The position numbers and the translations under genes were made by a program. A model generated the notes under the pieces. That model did not search any database. It was not told where the DNA came from and saw only the letters and a program-made list of their open reading frames with translations. A stretch of DNA of 64,000 bases, taken from an uncultured Candidatus Saccharibacteria bacterium. Its GTDB lineage: Bacteria > Patescibacteriota > Minisyncoccia > Phycocordibacterales > UBA9973. The stretch is from NCBI GenBank assembly GCA_964446965.1, contig CAYUQD010000001.1, forward strand, positions 21,586 to 85,585. The letters run 5' to 3'. Positions 47,894-56,805 of this stretch are shown piece by piece. Every line of letters starts with the position of its first letter. Position 1 is the stretch's first letter.

Positions 47894-47925
47894 AAAAAGC
47901 CCTTACATATGTGTAAGGGCTTTAA
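47894..47925. terminator. bidirectional terminator (aaagcccttaca-tatg-tgtaagggcttt)
   Basis: Perfect palindrome between converging genes. Confidence 0.55.
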
Positions 47926-47933
47926 TTGTGTTG

Positions 47934-48284
47934 TCAGTCAATTTTCAAAGGAACAATCCGAATAACATTGTGGTCATTCTGTTGGGCTTCGTTCATACAT
48001 TGATCATAATCTTCACTGGCTTTTATTACCTTATGATAATAAAAGGTTTTAGACCCTTCTCCCTCTATGTATTTGGGACAACTTGTCACCACAACGGTTA
48101 CAATTTTTTCCGTAACGGCCAATTGTTTATTGAGCAGATCTGTTTGCTCAATGTACGTGTCCCATTTGGGAGAGCGCAGGGGATTGTGCTTTGTTGGGCC
48201 CGTTTTTGTAGCATCAAAGAATAGTTCTTGGGCTAGTGTGTTGATGTTCTGAAAAAGATCATTTTTTGTCATCGTTTCTGCCAT
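47934..48284 (-). CDS. hypothetical protein (116 aa)
   Basis: Near-consensus minus-strand promoter TTGACA-16-TATAAT (plus-strand coordinates 48312-48339), ~20 nt leader with no Shine-Dalgarno. Confidence 0.4.
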   Translation of the reverse strand: MAETMTKNDLFQNINTLAQELFFDATKTGPTKHNPLRSPKWDTYIEQTDLLNKQLAVTEKIVTVVVTSCPKYIEGEGSKTFYYHKVIKASEDYDQCMNEAQQNDHNVIRIVPLKID

Positions 48285-48594
48285 GAGTATACGTTTTTTA
48301 TGGTTTTGATTATTATACGTACTCCTTTGATATTGTCAAATTATGGGATGTAATATGTACGTGTTTAGCTCGTCTATACAGTGTAGATAGATAGTTTCTC
48401 TATTTACACTTCATTCTTTCCCAAGGGCATTGAACACAACACATTGAGGGTGACGTATCAGATACTTCGTATCCATACTCACAACAGGACTATATCCTCT
48501 CAAACCGGTGTGCTCAATAATATGTAATCTTACCCAGAGTATCTTTATACATCTGGCACCAGCGAGCTTTTCTTCTTTCCGGTATATCTTCTTT

Positions 48595-48745
48595 ACATTC
48601 TCTTCTGATATACCATTTCTACCCCCGATTGCACGCGTACTATTACCCTTGCCCTTATTATTTCCGTTTCTCTTTGTTCTTCTTTTGTTCTTTCCATTTC
48701 TTACACCCTGTTCCTTACCTCACAACCCAATACCCCAATCGCCAA
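48595..48745 (+). other. G-depleted polypyrimidine tract (non-coding)
   Basis: Only about 6 G in ~127 nt (48637-48763), C/T-rich; ends in the terminator ccccc...ggggg + T-run at 48745-48782. Confidence 0.5.
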
Positions 48746-48782
48746 ACCCCCTCACTCACAAAGTAGGGGGCTTTTTCTTTTT
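48745..48782 (+). terminator. intrinsic terminator (ccccc-tcactcacaaagta-ggggg + T-run)
   Basis: 5-bp G/C stem and T-run, followed immediately by a TATAAT at 48787-48792. Confidence 0.45.
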
Positions 48783-48801
48783 GGGGTATAATTGCATCAG
48801 T

Positions 48802-49275
48802 ATGGAACAATTATCCGGTGCAACCAAAAAGGCAGACGAGTACGCACTGCGTATACTTAATGGAGAAAACATCGACCAAGTACTTGATGGCGCAGATGCA
48901 TTTCGAGCTGAAGTAGAGAAGCGCATCGCTCAATATAATGAGAAAAAAAATGTACAACGAATAGCTGAAGAAAATGAAGGATTACCACAAACTGACCTAC
49001 ACGTCGAGCAGCGAATCGCATCAGACGCAGAAAAAATAAAAGAATTGGAAAATCAGCTATCCAAAGAATCTGAAGAAACAACATATGTACTGGGACAGCA
49101 AGTAGAATATATGGGTTCGAAGCATAAAATAATAGATATTATTGACCATCCATTCCAGAAACAGCAGACAGGTGAGATAGTAAAGGTGTATCATCTAGAA
49201 AATGAAGTGGGTACACCCATTCAAACAGGTCAAGTACGCAAATATGTTTTAGCCAACGAGCTCAAACCTTTGTAA
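48802..49275 (+). CDS. hypothetical coiled-coil protein (157 aa)
   Basis: ATG 9 nt after a TATAAT; the N-terminal 98 residues of ORF 48508..49275 are a translation of the polypyrimidine tract and are rejected. Confidence 0.45.
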   Translation: MEQLSGATKKADEYALRILNGENIDQVLDGADAFRAEVEKRIAQYNEKKNVQRIAEENEGLPQTDLHVEQRIASDAEKIKELENQLSKESEETTYVLGQQVEYMGSKHKIIDIIDHPFQKQQTGEIVKVYHLENEVGTPIQTGQVRKYVLANELKPL

Positions 49276-49279
49276 TACT

Positions 49280-50026
49280 ATGGAGACAGATGTTCAGCAT
49301 TTCCAAGTCAAACACGAATCCTTTGAAGGGCCGATCGAGGTCTTGCTCGAGCTCATTGAGAAACGCAAACTCTTTGTCAACGATGTATCGCTAGCATCAG
49401 TTACTGACGACTTCATCTCATTCATTCAGTCCAAGGGTATGCATCCAGATATGGTTGCCAACTTCCTTGCAGTTGCGGCGACGCTGATCCTCATCAAGGC
49501 GCGATCCCTCCTCCCAAATCTCGAGCTCACCAGTGAGGAAAGTGAGTCTATCACCGACCTCGAACGACGCGTCGCGCTGTATCAAATCATCGCGCACATA
49601 TCGGGGGATCTCATTCGTCAGTATGGCAAGAGGATTTCATTCCAAGGAGTAGCACAGAAATCTGGGCCAGTATTTGCCCCCGACCCGAGCCTCCCTGTGG
49701 AGCAACTCCCGCTCCTCATTGCAGATATCATCAAGCGGGTCCCACCTCCTGCACCTACCAAGCCTGAGGCACGCGTCACGGCGACAATATCTATCACTGA
49801 AGTCATCGACACACTCATTGATCGTATCTCACAGATGACATCAGGGTCGTTCAATAGTATCCGCATCAGTGCGCCTGATGGGGATATGAAAGCTGAGAAA
49901 GTCTATACGATTGTGTCGTTTCTTGGTATGCTAGAGCTCGTACGACGCGGTCTCGTGAATGCCGACCAGAACGATCAGTATGGTGACATTCAGCTCGCGC
50001 GATCTAGTGAAGAATCCCACACCTAA
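49280..50026 (+). CDS. scpA: segregation and condensation protein A
   Basis: ScpA N-terminal ...FEGPIEVLLELI... Confidence 0.85.
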   Translation: METDVQHFQVKHESFEGPIEVLLELIEKRKLFVNDVSLASVTDDFISFIQSKGMHPDMVANFLAVAATLILIKARSLLPNLELTSEESESITDLERRVALYQIIAHISGDLIRQYGKRISFQGVAQKSGPVFAPDPSLPVEQLPLLIADIIKRVPPPAPTKPEARVTATISITEVIDTLIDRISQMTSGSFNSIRISAPDGDMKAEKVYTIVSFLGMLELVRRGLVNADQNDQYGDIQLARSSEESHT

Positions 50027-50029
50027 TAT

Positions 50030-50560
50030 ATGTCACAGAGTCTCTCCCACAACCTCCCGCAGTCCATCCAAGCCATCCTGTTTGCAACAGGAGAGTCTCA
50101 TAGCTATGCGTCCCTTGCCAAACTACTCGAGACCGACACTGATGCTATTGCGAGCGCAGTACAAGAGCTCAAGGCGCTGATGCAGGGGCATAGTATTGTC
50201 GTATCAGAGCTCAACCAAGAGGTTGCGCTCGTTACACACAGTGAATACTCGAGTCTCATTGAGCGTATTCGCAAAGAAGAATTGAGCAAAGAGCTCTCAA
50301 AGGCGTCCGCTGAGACACTTGCCGTTATCGCGTACAGTACAGGTATTTCAAAGAGTCAGATCGAATTCATCCGAGGGGTCAATGTCTCGTATAGTCTCCG
50401 CGCACTGATGATGCGTGGCCTCATCGAGACGCGAGGTGAGAGCAGGGGAGCGATGTATTATCCTACATTAGAACTCCTCCAACATTTTGGTGTGGCAAGT
50501 ATCGAAGATCTCCCAGACTACGCTCCTACCAAAACAAAGCTCGAAGAGTTGATGAAATAA
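50030..50560 (+). CDS. scpB: segregation and condensation protein B
   Basis: Tandem winged helices, ..IQAILFA.., start 4 nt after the scpA stop. Confidence 0.85.
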   Translation: MSQSLSHNLPQSIQAILFATGESHSYASLAKLLETDTDAIASAVQELKALMQGHSIVVSELNQEVALVTHSEYSSLIERIRKEELSKELSKASAETLAVIAYSTGISKSQIEFIRGVNVSYSLRALMMRGLIETRGESRGAMYYPTLELLQHFGVASIEDLPDYAPTKTKLEELMK

Positions 50561-50561
50561 T

Positions 50562-51632
50562 ATGATTATCAACGTTATCAAAATTTTCTTGCCAACAACG
50601 CTTGCCTTCCTCATCGGTATCGGTCTCACGCCGACACTGACCAATTTTATGTATCGGCACAAGCTCTGGCGCAAGTCGCACCGCATCAACGAGACGATCA
50701 CAAACGAGGATTTCAAAAAGCTCAACAACTCTGCCGAAGAAACCTCTACTCCTCGCGTCGGAGGCATTCTCATCTGGCTATCAGTACTCGTCACTATTGG
50801 GCTGATGTGGCTGGTGTCGTATCTGTACCCATCAGATCTCACCGGCAAACTCGACTTCTATAGTCGTAGTCAGACACTCGTCCCACTCGCCAGTCTCATC
50901 TTTGCGAGTATGCTCGGACTCTTTGATGACTATCTCGAGATCAAGGGGAGAGTAGTTGTCGAGAACAAGCGTGATCGCGAGATACGATTTCGCTATATCA
51001 AGATATTCCTGATCTGTGTCGTTGGAGCATTGATTGCGAGCTGGTTCTATACCAAGCTTGGCGTTAGTAGTATTGCGATCCCATTTACGAGTACTGAACT
51101 ACAACTCGGAGTACTGTTTATCCCATTTTTCATACTAGTACTTGTTGCTGTATTTTCTGGAGGTGTTATCGATGGTATGGATGGACTCGCCGGAGGAGTA
51201 CTCGCGATCATCTTTGCATCGTATGCGGCGATCGCCTTTGGCAAGGAGATGATCGATATTGCGGCGTTGTGTGGAGTGATCTCAGGCGCGATACTTGCAT
51301 TTTTGTGGTTCAACATTCCTCCTGCCAGATTTTATATGGGAGAGACGGGGATGATGGGACTCCTCGTCGTACTCACTGTAGTCGCATTTCTCACCGATAC
51401 TGTACTACTCCTCCCGCTCATTGCCTTCCCACTCATGATATCGAGTGCATCGTCTCTCATACAGATATTCACCTACAAATACTGTGGCAAGCGTCGAGTG
51501 TTTAGGGTTGCTCCACTTCATCATCATTTCCATGCACTGGGTTGGTCGAGAGAAAAGATAGTTATGCGATACTGGGTGTTCAGTACCGTCACTGCACTCC
51601 TCGGCGTCGTCATTGCACTCGTCAGCAAATAA
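50562..51632 (+). CDS. mraY: phospho-N-acetylmuramoyl-pentapeptide transferase
   Basis: Ten TM helices, DDYLEIKG, HHH motif region. Confidence 0.9.
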   Translation: MIINVIKIFLPTTLAFLIGIGLTPTLTNFMYRHKLWRKSHRINETITNEDFKKLNNSAEETSTPRVGGILIWLSVLVTIGLMWLVSYLYPSDLTGKLDFYSRSQTLVPLASLIFASMLGLFDDYLEIKGRVVVENKRDREIRFRYIKIFLICVVGALIASWFYTKLGVSSIAIPFTSTELQLGVLFIPFFILVLVAVFSGGVIDGMDGLAGGVLAIIFASYAAIAFGKEMIDIAALCGVISGAILAFLWFNIPPARFYMGETGMMGLLVVLTVVAFLTDTVLLLPLIAFPLMISSASSLIQIFTYKYCGKRRVFRVAPLHHHFHALGWSREKIVMRYWVFSTVTALLGVVIALVSK

Positions 51633-51647
51633 TCCCTATATCTAATA

Positions 51648-52772
51648 ATGGTCCAACGCCTCACAAAAAAAGTAGATCCAAAGCCATTTGATCGATACTT
51701 CCTCGGTATCGTCGTGCTCATTACTGTTGTTGGGCTTTTTTCTTTTGTGTCGGCGAGTCTCGGTATCCTCGTAAAGAGTGAGAGCAAGTTCTATGGTGTG
51801 TTGTTCAACCAGATCGTACTCGGTCTCGTCGGAGGGTTCGCGGGGCTATGGTTGACGATGAAGGTACCGTACCTCTTTTGGCGCAAGAATGCATTCTATA
51901 TATTCATTGCGACCCTCATCATTACGGTTCTCGTCTTTGTACCAGGACTTGGGTTTGCTCATGGAGGAGCATTGCGGTGGATTTCTATAGGACCGGTATC
52001 GTTCCAGCCGGCAGAGATCCTCAAGATTGGATTTGTCATCTATTTTGCGACATGGCTCGCGTGGACTCAAAAGAAAGCACAAGACGTGAAGTTTCGCATT
52101 ATCCCACTCGTCTGCATGCTCGGTGTTGTCGCAGTGATCCTGCTCAGACAACCCGATACAAAGAGTCTCATTCTCATCACGACAGCAGCTTGTGGCATGC
52201 TCTTTGTCTCTGGTGTATCGTGGAAAAAGATCGTTATGATCGTATCTATCGGCATCGTCGGCATCATCGGACTCGCCTTTGTACGGCCATATGTGATGCA
52301 GCGTATCAAGACTTTCATCAACCCGGCGTCTGACCCTCGAGGCGCGTCCTATCAGCTCCAGCAGTCACTCATTGCCATTGGTTCGGGCGGCGTATTTGGT
52401 CGCGGACTCGGACAGAGTGTGCAGAAGTTTAGCTATCTCCCAGAACCACAAGGTGACTCCGTATTTGCCGTCATTGGGGAAGAGTTCGGATTTTTTGGAT
52501 CTTCAATACTCGTCGTCCTCTATGTATTCCTCGCAGTGAGAGGGTTCAAGATCGCCATGCTCGCTCCCGACAGCTTTGGGAGGTATCTCGTCGTCGGTAT
52601 CACCACACTCCTTGTCGCGCAGTCATTCCTCAACATCGCATCCCTCGTCGGACTCTTTCCACTCACTGGCGTGCCACTCGTATTCATCAGTCATGGCGGA
52701 ACGTCATTATTCATTGCGCTCTGTGCAGTAGGAATGGTGCTCAACGTGTCAAGATATCAAAAGAAGGTATAA
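51648..52772 (+). CDS. ftsW: SEDS family peptidoglycan glycosyltransferase FtsW/RodA
   Basis: Ten TM helices, GG..R..IGP..FQP.E motifs. Confidence 0.8.
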   Translation: MVQRLTKKVDPKPFDRYFLGIVVLITVVGLFSFVSASLGILVKSESKFYGVLFNQIVLGLVGGFAGLWLTMKVPYLFWRKNAFYIFIATLIITVLVFVPGLGFAHGGALRWISIGPVSFQPAEILKIGFVIYFATWLAWTQKKAQDVKFRIIPLVCMLGVVAVILLRQPDTKSLILITTAACGMLFVSGVSWKKIVMIVSIGIVGIIGLAFVRPYVMQRIKTFINPASDPRGASYQLQQSLIAIGSGGVFGRGLGQSVQKFSYLPEPQGDSVFAVIGEEFGFFGSSILVVLYVFLAVRGFKIAMLAPDSFGRYLVVGITTLLVAQSFLNIASLVGLFPLTGVPLVFISHGGTSLFIALCAVGMVLNVSRYQKKV

Positions 52773-52784
52773 TAGAGTGGTCAT

Positions 52785-53927
52785 ATGAAAATTCTACTTA
52801 CAGGCGGGGGGACGGGCGGACATTTCTACCCATTGATGGCAATAGCCGAAGAACTCAACCACATGGCTGATGAGGAGCGCATCATCAACCTCAAACTCTA
52901 CTACATGAGCGACACACCCTATGACGCAGGTCTCCTCGAAGAGCAGTTCATCCGCTATATCCCGATCACTGCGGGCAAACTTCGCACACACCTCTCAATG
53001 AAAAATGTCATCCTCAACATCCAGAGTATGATCAAGACATTCTTTGGGATCATCAGTGCAGTATTCAAAGTATTCAGCCTCTATCCTGACGTCGTCATCT
53101 CCAAGGGTGGGTATGCATCATTTCCAGTACTTGTCGCTGCAAAACTCTTGCGCATCCCGACGATCATTCACGAGAGTGATACAGTCCCTGGACGCGTGAG
53201 TCGATGGTCAGGCAAGTTTGCAAAGAAGATCGCACTGTCATACCCAGAAGCCGCACAATACTTCGATCCGCAAAAGGTATCGATCACTGGTCAACCAGTT
53301 CGCAAGACGCTTACTCGTCCGGTACGCGAGGGCGCACGCGAGTTTTTTGAGCTCCCCGGAGATCTCCCGACAGTAGGTATATATGCAGGTTCACTCGGCT
53401 CAAAGGCGATCAATGATGTGATCGTCAGTATCGTGCCCGATCTGATCAAAAAGTATCAGGTCATTCACCAGACCGGTGCATCAGACTATGATGACGTGAC
53501 GACAGAGCTACGCATTGCGCTCGGAGACGACACTCGTCGTAGCCGGTACAAAGCATTCAAATTCCTCAACAACGTCCAGGCAAAGGTCTTCGCAGGTGCA
53601 GTCGATATCGTCATTGCACGTGCAGGTTCGACACTGTTTGAGATTGCAGCATGGGGCAAGCCATCTATCATCATTCCATATGTATATGCGCATGGTGATC
53701 ATCAACGCAAGAATGCGTATCACTATGCACGTACGGGAGCTGCGGTCGTGATCGAAGAATCAAACCTCACCTCATCCGTACTCCTTGGTCAGATCGAGTC
53801 TATACTTGAGAACCGAGACCTTTATAGTGCAATGGGAGCACATGCCAAGGCGTTCTACGCACCTGATGCGGCGCGCAAGATCTCAACCGAAGCACTTGCT
53901 ATCTCCCTTAGTCACGAGAAGCAATAA
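52785..53927 (+). CDS. murG: UDP-N-acetylglucosamine--N-acetylmuramyl-(pentapeptide) pyrophosphoryl-undecaprenol GlcNAc transferase
   Basis: GGGTGGHFYP N-terminus, GT-B fold. Confidence 0.85.
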   Translation: MKILLTGGGTGGHFYPLMAIAEELNHMADEERIINLKLYYMSDTPYDAGLLEEQFIRYIPITAGKLRTHLSMKNVILNIQSMIKTFFGIISAVFKVFSLYPDVVISKGGYASFPVLVAAKLLRIPTIIHESDTVPGRVSRWSGKFAKKIALSYPEAAQYFDPQKVSITGQPVRKTLTRPVREGAREFFELPGDLPTVGIYAGSLGSKAINDVIVSIVPDLIKKYQVIHQTGASDYDDVTTELRIALGDDTRRSRYKAFKFLNNVQAKVFAGAVDIVIARAGSTLFEIAAWGKPSIIIPYVYAHGDHQRKNAYHYARTGAAVVIEESNLTSSVLLGQIESILENRDLYSAMGAHAKAFYAPDAARKISTEALAISLSHEKQ

Positions 53928-54762
53928 GACCTTTCTTTTTTGCATACACATAGGTAAATGATGCTCCGAGAAAGAATACTTGTGCAGAGTAATATACCCA
54001 CACGAGAAGTCCGACAAGAGAAGCCGCGCTACCGAACACATCAGTATGTACAAGGAAGCGAATATATTGAAGGATAAGGAAGTTACCGATAATGAATAGC
54101 AGTGCAGTGATGAACGCTCCAAAAAAGATAATACGCCACGGCAACTTTCTATTGGGCAGGATGCGATAGATAACGGCAAAAAGGATAGTGCCGAGTCCGA
54201 GAGGAGCGAGAAGTTGCAACAAATTGATAAGGGACACAAACGCAGGTGCAACTCGCACCACATCCTGCAATGCCCCAAAGAATACCGTCACCCCAATCGA
54301 GACAAGCAGAATGAGTGCGAGAAGCGGTACGAGAGAAAAAGCAACTATTTTTGACTGTATGACTCTTGCAACCTTTTTCCAGAAGGTTGTTTTTGTGCTG
54401 GGTTGAGTTGGGGTATCCCAGAGTATGTCGAAGTCTTGGTCGAGTTCTCCAAACACACCAATCGCACCGATGATCGTGATGCCTGCACCGATGAGCGCTG
54501 TTGTGATACTGATGGTCTCAGATGTCTGACTACGCAAAAGCTCGTCAATGTACTGTGCAGCACTTCGTCCGATAGTATTACCGAGCTCCGTGATGAGTGT
54601 GCCTTGGACAATATCGCGACTAAAGAGATAGCTTGCCAGCGTGATGAGTAAGAGTGTTAGTGGTACAAACGAGAGCATTGCGTAGTAGGAGAGTGCGGCG
54701 CCCATCCGTGGCGCATTGTGTGATCTCCAGTGAGTAATAGTGTCGCGAATAAGTTTTTTCAT
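53908..54762 (-). CDS. YihY/BrkB family membrane protein
   Basis: ...LSYYAMLSFVPL... plus six TM helices; start at MKKLIRD; 3' end overlaps murG by 20 nt (converging). Confidence 0.65.
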   Translation of the reverse strand: MKKLIRDTITHWRSHNAPRMGAALSYYAMLSFVPLTLLLITLASYLFSRDIVQGTLITELGNTIGRSAAQYIDELLRSQTSETISITTALIGAGITIIGAIGVFGELDQDFDILWDTPTQPSTKTTFWKKVARVIQSKIVAFSLVPLLALILLVSIGVTVFFGALQDVVRVAPAFVSLINLLQLLAPLGLGTILFAVIYRILPNRKLPWRIIFFGAFITALLFIIGNFLILQYIRFLVHTDVFGSAASLVGLLVWVYYSAQVFFLGASFTYVYAKKKGLIASRD

Positions 54763-54899
54763 ACTGATAGTATATATGTTTTTTGAAATAAATGAGTTAT
54801 CCACAACATATTGTATGCACTATACTTGCATGTGAACGATCGTTCACATATACTACATACAGGTCGCGATTATCAAGAATAACCTGTCTCACAAAACCT

Positions 54900-55085
54900 A
54901 TGACACGACATCAATACACCAAAAATATATACACAGAACTTCGTACCCTCAACGAACGCATTGATTACAAGATTTTGCGAGGACAGCGGTATTCGGATGA
55001 ATCCCTTCGCCACAAGGCACTCCTCAAACAGATTGCTCGCCAATCAAAGCGTGGACTCATTAGCAGACTATTCTCATTTGCCTAA
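54900..55085 (+). CDS. small hypothetical protein (61 aa), possibly DUF465/YdcH-like
   Basis: Internal ATG of ORF 54792..55085; helical, K/R/L-rich. Confidence 0.25.
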   Translation: MTRHQYTKNIYTELRTLNERIDYKILRGQRYSDESLRHKALLKQIARQSKRGLISRLFSFA

Positions 55086-55240
55086 CATGAATACAACCTT
55101 CAAAGACATCCTCAAAAGTGAACTCGTACGACTCGAACACCTCGTCGACCACACTCACACACCAAGTACATATCCTATACCGATGCACCGGTACATTCGT
55201 CGTCCACAAAAGTCTAGTATGTACTCAGGATTGTTCTCCT

Positions 55241-55257
55241 TTGTACGAGTAGTACAA
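55241..55257. promoter_or_regulatory. perfect palindrome TTGTAC-gagta-GTACAA upstream of lexA (candidate SOS box)
   Basis: 6-bp arms, 28 nt before the lexA ATG; second partial palindrome AGTAtgTACT at 55216-55225. Confidence 0.4.
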
Positions 55258-55284
55258 TTTCTCCTATAACCGTATACTATTTGT

Positions 55285-55848
55285 ATGAATCCTGATTACA
55301 AGCAAAAGCTCATCGCATTCCATCAGTCACGCAAGCGCATGCCGTCATATACGGAGATGATGGATCTCTTTGGGTTCAAGTCAAAGAATGCAGTTGCACG
55401 TCTCGTCGACAAACTCCTTGCTGCGGGTATTGTGACCAAGGATAGACTGGGCAAACTCTTGCCAACTGACATGTTCGATAGCGTACCGCTCCTTGGTTCG
55501 GTCAAGGCGGGATTCCCATCGAGTGTGGACGAGATCACTGACTCACTCAACCTCGAAGACTATCTCATCAAGAAAAAGGATCAGACATACATGCTCGAAG
55601 TCGATGGTAACTCTATGATCAATGCGCATATCGCAGATGGAGACATCGTCATCGCAGAGCGTACCAACACTGCAAAAGTGGGCGATATTGTGATCGCACA
55701 GATCGATGGAGAATTCACCATGAAGTATCTACGCTCTACCAACGGCAAGATGTGGCTCGAACCAGCCAACAAAGACTTCAAACCGATGCATCCCAAGCAC
55801 TCTCTCGTGATCGCCGCAGTTATCAAAGGTGTTGTGCGCAAATACTAA
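55285..55848 (+). CDS. lexA: SOS repressor LexA
   Basis: N-terminal wHTH; S24 peptidase domain with Ser (GNSM) and Lys (MKYL) catalytic dyad. Confidence 0.85.
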   Translation: MNPDYKQKLIAFHQSRKRMPSYTEMMDLFGFKSKNAVARLVDKLLAAGIVTKDRLGKLLPTDMFDSVPLLGSVKAGFPSSVDEITDSLNLEDYLIKKKDQTYMLEVDGNSMINAHIADGDIVIAERTNTAKVGDIVIAQIDGEFTMKYLRSTNGKMWLEPANKDFKPMHPKHSLVIAAVIKGVVRKY

Positions 55849-56799
55849 TTATTGATTCTCAATCGCAGCGCGTGTTGTAGCAGCAGATTGTATCTGTTCA
55901 CTATATGCAGTAATGACTTCAGTGAGCTCATCTACGGTGAGTGTTGTTGCATTTGGATCTGTTGCAAGCTTCTTCCACGGAGCAGTCTTGCCATATGCGT
56001 ACTCTCCAAAGACGATCACTGGCGTACCTGATGCGAGCTCGTTCTGCCCGCTAGCATCGAGTATCCACTGCTTTGCCCAGTCGTAGATCCACATGGCATC
56101 TGCTTCGAGAAGTCTGATACACGCATGACTCGCAGGGTAGCCTGGCAAGTCGAATTGATGAAGGGCGATACCTTCCATACTATCGAGGTTGAATGCCCAC
56201 GGGAGGATATATCCGCCTTCGAGCGTGCTGACGACGAGCTTGCCCTTCCAGTTGGTGAAGTAGAGGCGACTTGGTGTCGGAGTATTTTTTTTGCCAGTAC
56301 TGGTCGGCATCCATCGCACGAGTGTGCCATTCTCATATGCGGCCACTGCTTGGATACGTTGTGACACGAGCAATAGCTGTGGAATATCGGTTGCAACTGG
56401 CAATTGTGTCGGGAACGGAGAGAGTGCATTCCAGTCGCTGAGCTCTGAAGGGATAGTGATGGTGACACCTTTTTGGATATGCTTTGCATCGAGGCGGTTG
56501 AGGGTGAGTACGTATGGCACATTACTCAGCCCGACCACTGCAGCGATCTCAGCGCCCGGTTTGTCGGTCTGGATCGTGATGGATGTGTACGAGAGCTCCT
56601 TTTTGGGAGGCGTGATCGGGGCTTCTATCGGAGTCACGACAACGGGCGTAGGAATGATCGTCGAGTCAGCTTTGCTCGTAAATGTAGCGAGTCCATAGAC
56701 TACACCTGCAACCACAAGCACTACTATCCCTGAGACGATATGTTTTTGCTCGACCTTTTTTGTGCGCTTCATAATACCTATTGTAACGCATGAGGCCAC
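55849..56799 (-). CDS. L,D-transpeptidase (YkuD domain) with N-terminal TM
   Basis: Catalytic region ...SHACIRLL... (H..C motif). Confidence 0.7.
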   Translation of the reverse strand: MASCVTIGIMKRTKKVEQKHIVSGIVVLVVAGVVYGLATFTSKADSTIIPTPVVVTPIEAPITPPKKELSYTSITIQTDKPGAEIAAVVGLSNVPYVLTLNRLDAKHIQKGVTITIPSELSDWNALSPFPTQLPVATDIPQLLLVSQRIQAVAAYENGTLVRWMPTSTGKKNTPTPSRLYFTNWKGKLVVSTLEGGYILPWAFNLDSMEGIALHQFDLPGYPASHACIRLLEADAMWIYDWAKQWILDASGQNELASGTPVIVFGEYAYGKTAPWKKLATDPNATTLTVDELTEVITAYSEQIQSAATTRAAIENQ

Positions 56800-56805
56800 A
56801 TTTCC

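Noticed and set aside
47934-48339. Leaderless transcript for the 47934-48284 gene
   Set aside because: Re-reading the minus strand puts the TATAAT at plus-strand 48312-48317, about 27 nt before the ATG. That gives a short conventional leader without a Shine-Dalgarno, so it is not leaderless.
48508-48801. N-terminal 98 residues of ORF 48508..49275 (FLPPIARVLLPLPLLFPFLFVLLLFFPFL...)
   Set aside because: This is a low-complexity translation of the polypyrimidine tract that spans an intrinsic terminator. The real gene begins at ATG 48802.
54961-55269. 102-aa ORF overlapping the 54900-55085 small gene and running into the lexA promoter
   Set aside because: Its first half overlaps another frame. 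Only the segment 55087-55269 is free, and it would cover the candidate LexA operator. No support for translation.
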